Of a DNA stretch of 64,000 bases, positions 1-14,405 are shown piece after piece. Position numbers and translations under genes: made by a program. Below the pieces are notes generated by a model. That model made no database searches. It was given only the letters and a program-made list of their open reading frames with translations, and was not told the origin of the DNA. This stretch comes from Magallana gigas (lineage: Eukaryota), in contig NC_088859.1 in NCBI RefSeq assembly GCF_963853765.1, forward strand, positions 51,894,001-51,958,000, read 5' to 3'. Numbering within the stretch: the first letter of the stretch is position 1; each line of letters begins with the position of its first letter.

Positions 1-800
1 TGCTTTGTTAGCTCTAAGGTATCCCAGGAACAGCCCTGTAACAGATTTACACTATTGATTTATCTGAATAAAATGCACCTCAGATCAATTTTAAAAGCAA
101 AGAAGACCGTTGTTTTCTGTCGATATTACGTGTAACATCTGCAGATCTCAGGTACACGGTCCTTTATCAACACATGGTCTTAGCTTCATTTTTCAAAATA
201 AAGAATATGTCTTACATATTACAATGCATTTAAAAAATAACACTTACTAAACTACAGTTACATAGTACTTAGTAGACAGTCATAAATTGAGATGATATAT
301 ATCAGTACAGTTTGATTTTCTTTACATTTCTATACAAAAGATCATTCAATGTTGTATCTGCCAGGTCTGTCATGAATTGTTTAGTTACAAGATCCGAGGA
401 TCTGGTGTTGTTATAAACACTTACATTAACGTCTCATGAAAGAACTCAAGAACTTAATGAAATATTGCACCACTCTCATAATACGTAAATATAAAACTTT
501 TGGCCTTTAAGCAATAGTTAATATACAGCCAGCAAGCAGTCTAAACAGCTCAGACATTGAGATAGTAGACAAACAGACAGACAGACACAGATGGGGAGAC
601 AAGCTGACAGACAGACAGGCAACCACAAGACTTATATTTATATACACTGTCTAAATGTCAACCTTTGGATCAGTTTACTGTGCCTTTGTTAACAAAAGTT
701 TGTAAACGTGTACAATAGTACACACTCATTTCTGGGTAGCTTCCTGTTCACATAACACTGGATTATCCAGTCAGTTGTTAAGACACCCACAGCCTTCACT

Positions 801-1020
801 GACAGTCAGGACCCCGTGATATACACTGGAGACACACACAGACCCAAAGTTCCCCCGAGTGTTGACAGTCAGGACCCCGTGATACACACGGAGACACACA
901 CAGACCCAAAGTTCCCCCCGAGTGTTGACAGTCAGGACCCCATGATACACACGGAGACACACACAGACCCAAAGTTCCCCCCGAGTATTGACAGTCAGAA
1001 CCCCATGATACACATGGAGA
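801..1020. repeat. 63-bp minisatellite, about 3.5 copies
   Basis: Unit GACAGTCAGGACCCCGTGAT...CCCGAGTGTT restarts at 801, 864, 927 and 990. It explains the repetitive ORFs 771..1013, 796..1197 and 816..1025. Confidence 0.9.
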
Positions 1021-1239
1021 CGTAAAGTTTTCCCCTAGTGTCCTCTGTGACTCATACACCCTTCTGATTTTATCACCTGTGAATCTTATGCCTTCAGGAA
1101 GTTTAGTGACAAGTTTAATTTGAAATAGTAAAAGAACAAGACTTATACCTGCATATAAATTAAGTGTTTTTTTATTATGACTTTCTTCAATGCACATGGT
1201 CCATGATGTATGAATGTTAGGAATCTCTGAATCAATGTT

Positions 1240-2178
1240 TTATCCTGAATCACTATTGTCAGTCATGGTTATGACAATGATGATGACAACAATGACAATA
1301 ACGGTGATGAGGATGGAGAAACAGATGATCTTTTTCTTCCGTGCGGCACACTGACTCTTCTGGGCCTCCTCCAGTTGCTGATTTCCACTCTGAACCTCAC
1401 TAACCGCCTGCTCTACGTGTTTCTCAATATTGTCTACCATTTTGCCCTGGTCTTGTACCATGCCATGCATCTCCTTGAACAACATGTTGACCTCGTGAAT
1501 TTGGCTCTCAAGGTCGTTCAGTTCTCTCTCTCGGTCCTGGAGATCTTGAAGCTCTGAGATGGCTTTCTGGGATTCCTGAAAATATGGATCAATGAAAACG
1601 GCAGATGGGTTCTGAAAGTTCATGTCGAGGTGTACAGAGTTTGTGTTCACATCATATTGAGGGTCCCCCACGATTTGTCTCTGTTTGTTTAGCCTGGCCT
1701 TAGTTCTTTCCAAATAACTGGCTTGGCTGCTACGGAAGTCATTCATGGTTGTTCGCAGTTCATGTGAAAGTCTTTCTATCTGCAGGCTCTGGACCCTCTG
1801 TTCAGCGTTTGACATAATCAGTCCTTTTTTCTGGGACTTTTGGTCCGTGCCAGCAGACGACAACAGTTCTATGTCTTTTCTGATAGTGATGGAGCTGGAC
1901 AGAATCTGCTCAGCCAAGTTCTCCATCTTCTGGAGGTCTGATTCTAACACTTTGGGGGCGCAGTACAAAGTGTTCTGCATTTTCTTGAGTTCGCTGACAT
2001 CTGCTTTAAGCAGGGCCAGCTTTCCTTCCATTCCCTTCACTTTCTCCAGAAACCCAGGCAAAGACAGATCATCTTCTTCTTCTTTCTTTGATTTTTTCCC
2101 TTTCTTTCCTCGCATACTTTCCCTTTCATACTGATCCCTCTTGGCTTCAAACTCTAGTAACCTGTCCCGAACTGGCAT
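1240..2178 (-). CDS. Intronless syntaxin-1/11-like Qa-SNARE (312 aa) with C-terminal TM anchor
   Basis: N-peptide-like MPVRDRLLEF, Habc-like helices, SNARE motif (ERERELNDLESQIHEVNMLFKEMHGMVQDQGKMVDNIEKHV, with the zero-layer Q), then ARKKKII and a hydrophobic TM. Single uninterrupted ORF. Confidence 0.9.
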   Translation of the reverse strand: MPVRDRLLEFEAKRDQYERESMRGKKGKKSKKEEEDDLSLPGFLEKVKGMEGKLALLKADVSELKKMQNTLYCAPKVLESDLQKMENLAEQILSSSITIRKDIELLSSAGTDQKSQKKGLIMSNAEQRVQSLQIERLSHELRTTMNDFRSSQASYLERTKARLNKQRQIVGDPQYDVNTNSVHLDMNFQNPSAVFIDPYFQESQKAISELQDLQDRERELNDLESQIHEVNMLFKEMHGMVQDQGKMVDNIEKHVEQAVSEVQSGNQQLEEAQKSQCAARKKKIICFSILITVIVIVVIIIVITMTDNSDSG

Positions 2179-4404
2179 TTTATCTCACAAGAATCCACAC
2201 AACGAGACAACGTGTAATATATACTCCTCACTCAATGATCTTCTCTATCTTAATACAAGGACATTATATCAACATAATCCAAACAGAATTACAACTACAC
2301 ATGGTCTGATAGTCTCAATCCCTAGTTCACTATACTCCCAATACTCGTCGGCACTAGATTATAATATTTAATCACTATATCCAGGTAGCCTCAGTATAAA
2401 CACTGCAACACAAACCACAGTTTCACTTTCAGTATGTAGACTGTTACAGTTGATGGGAATTCCTCACCTTACTAATTTCTACCAGCCCAGAAAAAGTTTG
2501 TCATTGAATAAGACACACTACTTGAACCACTGAGCCGTGGTCTTGGGGCCCATAGAGGGTTCCAACTTGTGTCACATGAATGATAATCCACTGAATGACA
2601 AAGTGTTACACAATATTAATTATCTTCTTGATATTGCAATGGACACAAGTTTCCACCTCTGAAGACTTTAATTGGCCTGCTTAATCCAACTTCTTGCCTT
2701 ATCTTGTTTACTGGGGTGTAAGCGCTCAGGTATAAAATCCTGTTGTGCATGCATGTATTAAATGGCCGATAAAAAGTCCACATAGTTACTGTATGTAGAA
2801 GTATAAATAGAAAGCTGTACGTGACACACTCACTGCATCATAAGTCGACACAGTATGAGGAGCATAAATTCAGCACAATCACCCAGCCCCCATGGCGTGT
2901 GATACAGTGAAAAGGACTATAGCTATAAGCACAATGTTCTATTTATAGAAACAAGTCATACTGCAGCATTCAGGTACCAATGTCACTTACTAAATCAATA
3001 GATAAAAACTTAATACATTCTGTTGAAAAGATTATAAAACGTTAATGATTGTAATAAAATGTTAATTTTTTTTAAATTTAGAAAAAAATTATTGGAGTTG
3101 AAAATATCAAAATCAATTTATAAAAAATACCAAAAATCATTGATTTTTGTTGAAATTAATGGATAAAATTTTTTAAATAATTGATTTTAAGGAACACTGC
3201 TGTTTCACATCTAACATTAACATATGAACATGTACATTTCCTTGGGGCAGTTCATTATCTAAGGATAAGATCAGCTGTTATCCGGACAATCTTGTTTTAG
3301 CGGTATAAGGTACACTGGTTTATACAAGTTTATGCTATAACTACATTTTACTGTTCAGGAACTTAGCTGTATGTTTCAGTCGTAAGTTACTGTCGAGTAC
3401 ACTGCAATCATATCATAACAAAGTGACTATCATCAAATCAGGAACAAAAATATCTTCATGTTAACTCAAAGGTCGTATAAAGTAATTAACGATAGAATGA
3501 GTAAACAAAACAAATGACAACTAAATGTAAACCACTTCTGGCTATTGAAACACTGGGTTAAACAACTTTCTATAAGTTTGTGTGTTCTTCATTGACAAAT
3601 GTGAGATCAAGATTCCTACAGCAGATGGAATGGAACTAAAATAATTTTATTACATCTTATTTCTTATAATCTGTAAAATATACTTTGCTCCTTTCTCTCA
3701 ATTTTAATAAGAATAGAAAAAACAACAACATTTCTATAAAAAATACAAATTAAAAATAAGTATTCAACAAGCATAGAGTATAACAACGATATTTATATAA
3801 AGCATACTATGAATAGAGATGGGTGGTCATTCAGTCTATCTCATACTACATTCCCCTCCCTAAAAGTTAACAATGGGTACACCATGACCATTCATACAGA
3901 CTGACCTACAGGATAGGCATGTGGACGAGTGATACATGTATAAGGTTTATTTTGCTCTGACCCTGAGTCATGTAAAGATTGCAGGTGGTTTAAAATCTAG
4001 AATTAAATTGTATCCATGTCTTTCTTAGAAAGGATAAACGTTTTGTGCATAGCAAATATTGATATGCTTTTTTATGAATTTGAAGGAGCAAGAAATGCGC
4101 CTTTTGTAAAAGACAAACTACCTTTTTATAAATAGCCCAGGTCTTGAGATATAGAAAACAAACCATGCACCGGAATAATAATGTAACAGCCCAAGAGCAG
4201 TGCAACATGAATGGCGTGCAGCTACTTGAAATTATGCTCATATCTTTAGTGAACATGTATTAAAACAGCTACTGGCTGGGATTTGGGCAACATCCATTTT
4301 TTTTATCTTCATATTCAAATGTTATCGCAATGTAACCTTCAGCTTTGATGATGGAGTTAATGTGGTGCTCAAACGTTTAAATTAATATCCCTCAACTATC
4401 ACTA

Positions 4405-5865
4405 AAACAAGTGAAAAGCTGTCAATGTGACAGCAAACCGGGTTTTCTTTTATGTAAACTGTATCAATAATACATGTCAACCCTTATCCAGTGAAATGGT
4501 GTACCCTACATGTATATGCTACATTTTGCCAAAAAATGACTAAGTTCAAAAGCTAGTATTTTTTCCATAAATTATCGGAAATCAAAATCCTAGCAATATG
4601 CACACCTCTGATATATGTACAATTGATCTGCAAAAGAACAACTTCCTATCTTGAGAACTGTAGGAGGAGTTATCCGTACAATGAGGGTACCCTATATGCA
4701 ATATTTTGCCAAAAAATGACTAAGTTCAAAAGCTGGTATTTTTTCCATAAATTATCAGAAATCAAAATCCTAGCAATATGCACACCTCTGATATATGTAC
4801 GATTGATCTGCAAAAAAACAACTTCATATCTTGAGAACTGTAGGAGGAGTTATCCGTACAATGAGGGTACCCTATATGCAATATTTTGTCAAAAAATGAC
4901 TAAGTTCAAAAGCTAGTATTTTTTCCATAAATTATCAGAAATCAAAATCCTAGCAATATGCACACCTCTGATATATGTACGATTGATCTGCAAAAGAACA
5001 ACTTCATATCTTGAGAACTGTAGGAGGAGTTATCCGTACAATGAGGGTACCCTATATGCAATATTTTGCCAAAAAATGACTAAGTTCAAAAGCTGGTATT
5101 TTTTTCATAAATTATCAGAAATCAAAATCCTAGCAATATGCACACCTCTGATATATGTACGATTGATCTGCAAAAGAACAACTTCATATCTTGAGAACTG
5201 TAGGAGAAGTTATCCGTACAATGAGGGTACCCTATATGCAATATTTTGCCAAAAAATGACTAAGTTCAAAAGCTGGTATTTTTTCGATAAATTATCAGAA
5301 ATCAAAATCCTAGCAATATGCACACCTCTGATATATGTACAATTGATCTGCAAAAGAACAACTTCTTATCTTGAGAACTGTAGGAGGAGTTATCCGTACA
5401 ATGAGGGTACCCTATATGCAATATTTTGTCAAAAAATGACTAAGCTCAAAAGCTGGTATTTTTTCTATAAATTATCGGAAATCAAAATCCTAGCAATATA
5501 CACACCTCTGATATATGTACAATTGATCTGCAAAAGAACAACTTCATATCTTGAGAACTGTAGGAGGAGTTATCCGTACAATGAGGGTTCCCTATATGCA
5601 AGATTTTGTCAAAAAATGACTAAGTTCAAAAGCTGGTATTTTTTCGATAAATTATCAGAAATCAAAATCCTAGCAATATGCACACCTCTGATATATGTAC
5701 GATTGATCTGCAAAAGAACAACTTCTTATCTTGAAAACTGTAGGAGGAGTTATCCGTACAATGAGGGTACCCTTTTGGCAGCCGCCCGCCCGCCCGCCCA
5801 TCCGCCCGCCCACCATTTTCACCATTTTAATAACCGGATTTTTCCGTTGGAAAACCCGGTTAATA
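4405..5865 (-). mobile_element. Non-autonomous Helentron/HINE (DINE-1-like) element with a central 180-bp tandem array
   Basis: Perfect 12-bp subTIRs AACCGGGTTTTC (4436-4447) and GAAAACCCGGTT (5850-5861). Partial inverted copy of the subTIR at 5832-5845, (GCCC)n microsatellite at about 5781-5811, hairpin GCTGTCA-ATG-TGACAGC at 4418-4434. This matches the known HINE/DINE-1 layout. Confidence 0.8.
4507..5770. repeat. 180-bp satellite-like tandem array, about 7 copies
   Basis: GGGT(A/T)CCCT recurs at 4686, 4866, 5046, 5226, 5406, 5586 and 5766, an exact 180-bp period with few substitutions. Confidence 0.95.
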
Positions 5866-5950
5866 AAACTGGTGGAAGCAAGTCTAGATTTCAAATTTTA
5901 ATTACCAGTGTACCTCAAGAATTAAAAGTATGGTGGTATATAAATTGAAT

Positions 5951-6171
5951 ACTGTGGAATCATTAAAATTCGTGGTGGCTCAATTTTCGTGGTATTCGTG
6001 GGTAGCCCTCCCCCACGAATTTACATCATTGACGAAAACAAATTTTTTAAAGAGTTTGTTATCTTACTGATACTAAAAACTGACAAATCCACGAAATGAC
6101 ATTCCCACGAATAAGCAAAAATAACACAATCCACGAAAATTGACCCCCACGAATTTAAATGATTCCACAGT
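5951..6171. mobile_element. MITE with about 25-bp TIRs (Tc1/mariner-like, TA target)
   Basis: ACTGTGGAATCATTAAAATTCGTGG ... CCACGAATTTAAATGATTCCACAGT. A related copy lies at 27301-27520. Confidence 0.75.
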
Positions 6172-7752
6172 GGTTGCATTCATTCTGAATATTAAACATA
6201 ATTCAAAAATATACACATGTATCAAGGTAAGTTAAAATTTGGAACGAGGACTTTCTTCTGGATCTCATGCAAAACATTTAACTCGATATAATCCAAAAAT
6301 TTAATCTCAATATAATTCTGCCTAAAACTTCCTATTTTATTTCGGAGTTTATTTCCCTTTTTTTACTCATCCATGCATGATAATCCTTTCCTCAGATTGG
6401 ATTATGTTGTATGCATGAAAAAAGAAGATAACTATGCAGGAAGAAATTGTATCCAATCATTCTGCATTGCAGGAATATGTTCAAATAAAATCTATGAATA
6501 ATATTTATTTACTGGTTCATGTTTATGCATATTGTCTTCTGTCCATCTAAGGATGTAATAAAAGTAATAGGAAAGTCAACATTTTTTTTTGTTTCCTACA
6601 AAGTGAGGCTACGCAAGAAAATGGTTTACATAGTGACAGGTATTCATGTCAATCATGTGATTAGAAGATTTATGTAAAACTGTTTTCATGTCCTGAGAAT
6701 AATTCATTGAACAAAATCAGTGTGTGAGAATTAAGTCAGTATAATAATATAAACAAAATCAGTGTGTGAGAATTAAGTCATTATAATAACCTGTCCAACT
6801 CTGATATGAACTCTAGTATTACTAGTAATGGAGAAATTCTTTGGAATTCATTTAAAAGGTACCCAAATTCAACAAAGAAAACAGATTTATCTTCCTTTGA
6901 ATCGCTGTTACTATGGAATATGTACTATTGTGAATTTCCTGTCTCACATAAAATGAGAAAATGCTTGATCTAATTCTGAATCACCAATTCTTATTTTGTT
7001 CACCAAACAATTGAAAGACCCAGTGAATAGTTAATGGACATTTTGAATCAAACTGAGAAATAGGCATAGAATTTCTTCATCAACCCATAGTTCTCATTGA
7101 TTTGAAACTAGAAGACTCTCAGTTCATTGTCATATTTTCAATCAACTTTGATATATCCAATCTTTTTTCTAATCTTAAGCAGGTCCGTTGGACTTCTGGC
7201 ATTTATATTGCCGAGTCCAGATCTTTTAGTCCTCTACTTCACTCTATAGTCTGCCCAAGATATTTTTGCCGCACATTGTTTAAATTATTCCATATTTATA
7301 TATACCTCTTGATTCAGACCATGTTCATTCAATAGTACGAAAAAATCCCAAGATTTCCCTTTTGAAATGCCCCTCTAGCTTGTCAGGTTTCAATACTCTG
7401 CTAAAAATAGAAAGTCTACAAGAATTTTGCCTTGCATCAGCCATAATTAAGCCCAGATGATAACGTTGAAAAATTGTGCGAGGTATTCTGAGTGACTCCC
7501 AAATAGAGAAAAGATGTCAACATTCCCCATTGTTAATCTCCGAGGGAAATCTGTTTTCGTTCCTGTGAATTTTTACGAGGGAAAAATGATAATGTGTGAA
7601 TGATGTTATCTTGGAAATTTTCCCTTTCATCGATTTCAGTTGCATTTCTTTCACAAGTATGTGTATTTTTATTAAAAATCGTGAAATGTGCAGCATAAAT
7701 ATCATTGGACAGACCATAGAATAGTATTTACAGTAGTTCAGGGTTGACTTAC

Positions 7753-9795
<2,043 letters not shown>

Positions 9796-9803
<8 letters not shown>

Positions 9804-10018
9804 GTTTTGAGAGAAGAAAACACAAAACAGAAAGGCGCGGATCTAACACGGTTCTACAGGTTAAAGTATCGCAAAATCTGACCTTTTTCTAAATTGTCTA
9901 TGTAGTTAAATGATGATTATTTTTCAATATTTCTTTTTTATCACAGACTGAGCTGCATTGATCTTTTGAATCAACACAGACTTCTTTCTTGGTTCAACCA
10001 ATCAGAAGTCGCCATTTT
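9796..10018 (-). promoter_or_regulatory. OXCT1 proximal promoter with YY1-like and CCAAT motifs
   Basis: CCAAT at 9998-10002, CGCCATTTT at 10010-10018, and GCCGCCATGTT at 9796-9806 overlapping the ATG. CpG-enriched. Motif-level evidence only. Confidence 0.4.
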
Positions 10019-10089
10019 GACGCACCTCTTACTTGCTGACAATACGCGCCAACTGGATATTTGAAGGACTGGGGTGTCTTCTGATATAT

Positions 10090-10096
<7 letters not shown>

Positions 10097-10156
<60 letters not shown>
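10097..10156. repeat. (CT)n microsatellite
   Basis: About 30 CT units; source of the RERERE/SLSLSL ORFs. Confidence 0.95.
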
Positions 10157-10159
<3 letters not shown>

Positions 10160-10160
<1 letters not shown>

Positions 10161-11692
10161 GGCGAAACCAAATGATAAGTATAATACATTGCCAACTATT
10201 CTGCCAACATTGTCCCAGTCTTCAAAAAAGGAGAAAAACAAAAAGCTTCTAATTATCGGCCAGTCTCATTGACTTCAATCTGCTGCAAACTATTGGAACA
10301 TATTGTTCACAGCACCATCATGGATCACTTTGACCGCCACCAGATCCTTTGTGATCATCAACATGGTTTCAGATCCAAAAGATCTTGTGAAACACAACTC
10401 CTGATAACACTAGACGAAATTGGCAAGAATTTAGACCAAGGAGAACAGACAGACATCATCCTGCTTGATTTCTCCAAATCCTTTGACAAAGTGCCCCACA
10501 AGAGACTCCTCCAAAAAATGGACTATTACGGAATACGTGGAGTAACACTCAAATGGATACAAGACTTCCTAAGCAAGAGAACACAATCGGTATTGCTTGA
10601 AGGGCATAAGTTTGGCCCCCTAGACGTCATCTCAGGGGTGCCTCAGGGAACAGTCATCAGACCCCTATTATTTCTGGCTTACATTAATGACCTGCCACAA
10701 TCAACATCTTCTGAGGCAAGATTATTTGCAGACGATTGCCTAGTTTATAGGAAAATAAAGAATGTGAAGGATAGCAAGACACTTCAAGACGACCTTAACT
10801 CCAAGAGTGGGAATCACGATGGCAGATGAATTTCCATCCTGAGAAGTGCATCATGATACGGATTACCAACAAAAGAAACCCACTGATAAGGAACTACCAA
10901 CTACATGGTCACACACTAGATGCAGTCGAGCATGGGAAATACCTGGGAGTCACCATAAACCATGACCTACAGTGGAAGACACATATCAACCAGACAGTAG
11001 GCAAAGCATCAAGGACACTAGGCTTTCTGAGAAGGAACCTAGGACGGTGTAAACCAGAAGTCAAAGCCAACGCCTACATCACCATGGTCAGACCAACCCT
11101 GGAATACGCCTCCACTGTATGGGACCCTTATCAAGATAACCTTGAAAAAGACCTAGAACAAGTACAGAGGAGGGCAGCTAGGTTCGTGTACAATGAATAC
11201 CAAGACGTATCCCCAGGCTATGTCAGCTCCTTAATGGATAGACTAAAATGGGAGCCTCTTAAAGATCGCCGCTGCAAAGACCGACTCACCATGGCATACA
11301 AGATCCACAATAGATTGGTAGATATTGACCCCTCTAATTATTACAAACCCGGAGATTCAAGGACCAGAGGAGGCCACCGCATACACCAACAGCGCACTCT
11401 AAAAGATCAATACAGGTACTCCTTCTTCCCAAGATCAACCAGGGAATGGAACACTCACAACAGCAGCTACACTAGAAGATTTCAAGGCCAGCCTTACCAT
11501 CCTGCCAGAGGCTCTGACAGGAGCTTCACACTCCTAGAACTCCTTTGACCCCAGATGTACATAGTTTTATTTGTAAATAATTTTCTTGTAAATGTAGTTT
11601 TTATTAAGTGAGGAGGGAAGGCCTCATGATTTAACGAGCAAGAGTCATTTATACACTCAAGAAGAGTCCGACTCTGTACTGAAAGAAGAAGA
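10160..11692 (+). mobile_element. 5'-truncated, frameshifted CR1-clade LINE (RT region and 3' end)
   Basis: ANIVPVFKKG...NYRPVSLTS...HQHGFRSKRSCETQL...DFSKSFDKVPH...GVPQGTVI.PLLFLAYINDL...LFADD. Frameshift near 10800-10826, then YLGVTI/GFLRRNL/RPTLEYASTVWDP. Ends in a (GAA)n tail at about 11681-11692. Confidence 0.9.
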
Positions 11693-12150
11693 AATGTACG
11701 TGGTTTACATTGAGAAATCGATATTGCACCTGCTGCATGGTTAATAATTTGTATCAATGTCGATGTATAAATATTTTTTTATTAAAATAACTCTGATATA
11801 TATCTCATTATTAATTAACCTTTACATTTGCAGGCATGTAGCATCAGGGGGGGGGGGGGGGGGGGGCTCCCCCCCCCCCCCCCCACTTTTTCTCACAGCA
11901 ACTAAATCTTTAAAATTTACATATAAAAAATTGAATTATCATGGAATTGCCCCCCCCCCCCACTTTTTTGGAGGATTTTTAAAAATTGATATGAAAATAA
12001 GGAAATTAGGATTGAAATTGAAGTTATATACTATGCCAGCGCCCCCCCCCCCCCCCCCCCCTCTCCCACGGATTAGGATTTTGAAGATTTTTGGAAATTA
12101 AGTTCTACTTTCCTGACTTATGAATAAATAAGAAAAGAATGGATGGGCCT

Positions 12151-12842
12151 TCAATTTCAATTTCAATTCTTTATTCGCTCAAGACCAGTTCACTGGTATT
12201 TGAGGTTCAAAATCAGTATATACAAATGTACACGAATACAGTCAAGGATCACATGTACAGTAGAAGTAATAATGACATAAAAAAGGTTAAAATCACAATA
12301 CAATAGGTTGTTAAAGTTGGTTTCTGGAAGAACAGACTTTGAAAATTTTCTTAATAAATATTGACAAGTTTTTTAGTTTTTCTACATTAAAAGTATTCAT
12401 GAGCTCGTTAAATTTTATAATATTTGGGTTTTCATAATATCTCTTAGGTAAAAACATTTTTCTGTCGTTTACAAAATATGTACATTCTAAAATATAATGA
12501 AATTCATCCCCAATACTATTAGAATCACACACTGTACATTTTCTTAAATGTTTTTCAATATTATGCCATCTACCTGTTTCAATGGGGAATCGATGATTAC
12601 ATGTTCGTAATTTTGTAAACGTGATCCGTAGATCTGTATGTAAAATCAACAAGTACTTTTCTAAATTGAGATTTGTTTTAAAAATTCTATAATTAATACA
12701 TTTTGGTGAGTTATCTACAATACTTCTCCAATCTTGTACAAATTGATTTTGTAATATTTCTTTAACTATTGACTTAAGCCAGTTATAACTACATATTGTT
12801 TGATTTTCCCATATATATGACAACCCGCACGAGTCAATTAAG
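12151..12842 (-). mobile_element. 3' fragment of a CR1-type LINE
   Basis: C-terminal motifs LRTCNHRFPIETGRW...CTVC..IGDEFHYILEC. Tail AATAAAG(AATTGA)n on the minus strand at about 12151-12175. The first ~22 aa of ORF 12311..12907 come from the adjacent palindromic element. Confidence 0.85.
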
Positions 12843-12843
12843 G

Positions 12844-13493
12844 AATAAGGAATCATTCTTTGAGTATTATGAGGTGATAATTTTGGTCGGGGCGTGATCA
12901 TATCCAATAAAGCCCGAGGGGCTTTATGATAGATTTGATCACGCCCCGACCGAAATTATCACCTCATAATATTCAAAAACTGATTTCTTATTACTTATAT
13001 TTATATGATTTTAAGCCATCGTACGATTAAATATTCAAATATAAATAAGCAAACCCCGCTGGCGCCTCAAATTGGCGTCATTTGAAGTTATGAGTTATAT
13101 AGTACAGAATCGATACGTAGTGTTATCACAGGCAAAGACACAGCTGGGAAATGTTACAAAATATTTACTTTTTCAACTGTCTTTGTCTGTGAAAACATTA
13201 CGAATCAAATTTGAACCCTAAAACCTCCATAAAACATGAATGACACAAAATGGGTGTGCCTTATAGCATAGTCGAAAAACGGTATTGGTGCGCCGCGTAG
13301 TAATACATAGAATGTGCTACATAAAAAATGCTGCTTTTTAAAATAACGCCGTTTTAAAGAGTATAAATTGGAAATATTATAGATATTAGTAATAAGGAAT
13401 CATTCTTTGAATATTATGAGGTGATAATTTCGGTCGGAGCGTGGTCAAATTTATCATAAATCCCTTCTGGCTTATTGGATTTGACCACGCCAC
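12844..13493. mobile_element. Non-autonomous element with long, self-palindromic terminal inverted repeats
   Basis: 12844-12992 folds as ~57-bp arms around a loop containing ATAAAGCCC-GAG-GGGCTTTAT. 13391-13493 is a diverged reverse complement of that whole unit, truncated on the right. Confidence 0.7.
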
Positions 13494-14405
13494 TTAATTT
13501 TAAGTAGACAGAACTAAAAGTCTATGGGGGGGGGGGGGGGGAGGGGGGTTAAATGTAAGCAGTGTCCTCTATTATAAAGAGTGATGCATATCTTACACGT
13601 TGTCCTTTTTTTGGGGGGGGGGGGGTTAAATGTAAGCAGTGTCCTCTATTATAAAGAGTGATGCATATCTTACACGTTGTCCTTTTTTTTGGGGGGGGGG
13701 GGGTTAGAAAGAGATTCTATGAGGGTACATACATAAAAAATAATATACATTCAAAGTTATTCCATGGTGGGGGGGGGGGGAGGGGTCAATTTACCTGGGA
13801 CTGTATTTTAAATCATCTTTTTAATCCGATAAATATATTTGCTTACTGCATGCATGCATATCAACCATGATACGTGCTGCAATGCTTCTTGTAAACGTTT
13901 CATTAAACATAAGATAAAAAAGAAGATATGATTTTTGTTTCTTTAGTGTATAACGATGACACGATGGACTATAGCGACCCGCTGTGTTTACTTTTTTACG
14001 AATGAGCGATCTCTTATCGCTGTTATAGCTATTGTCATCATTCAATATATAGAACATTTATATACTTCAGTTGGAGTTTAAATGATTGCAATGCATGACA
14101 GGTGGGACATTTTATGTTCATAATGTTTCAATGAAAAAAACAACTAAAAAATACAAAATTCATTGTATGTGTAGAAAACGACGCCTGACCGGCGATTTGC
14201 TTGGATGACCGGTTTGCAGGGGCGTACATATTGTGCTGGTACATTCACCCGTGTAGGAAACTGGATCTTTAAAACACAGTGTGTGTTATTTTTATTTAAA
14301 CGATAACAACATTTTCACAGCGCTGTAGAACTCTTATTGTCAGTCCTGTAACGATTATTTCATGTTTGTAAGAACATCTACAGTTTGAGAAGGGTTTCCA
14401 CAAAC

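Noticed and set aside
4623-5948. 97-aa and 321-aa ORFs with 60-aa repeats
   Set aside because: Translation of the 180-bp satellite inside a HINE element. No gene context; stops toggle by single substitutions.
9971-10272. RERERE / SLSLSL ORFs (also at 50151-50627 and 52159-52416)
   Set aside because: Artefacts of (CT)n microsatellites.
11830-12100. Poly-G/poly-C-rich segment resembling a small DNA transposon
   Set aside because: No matching second terminus or TSD could be identified.
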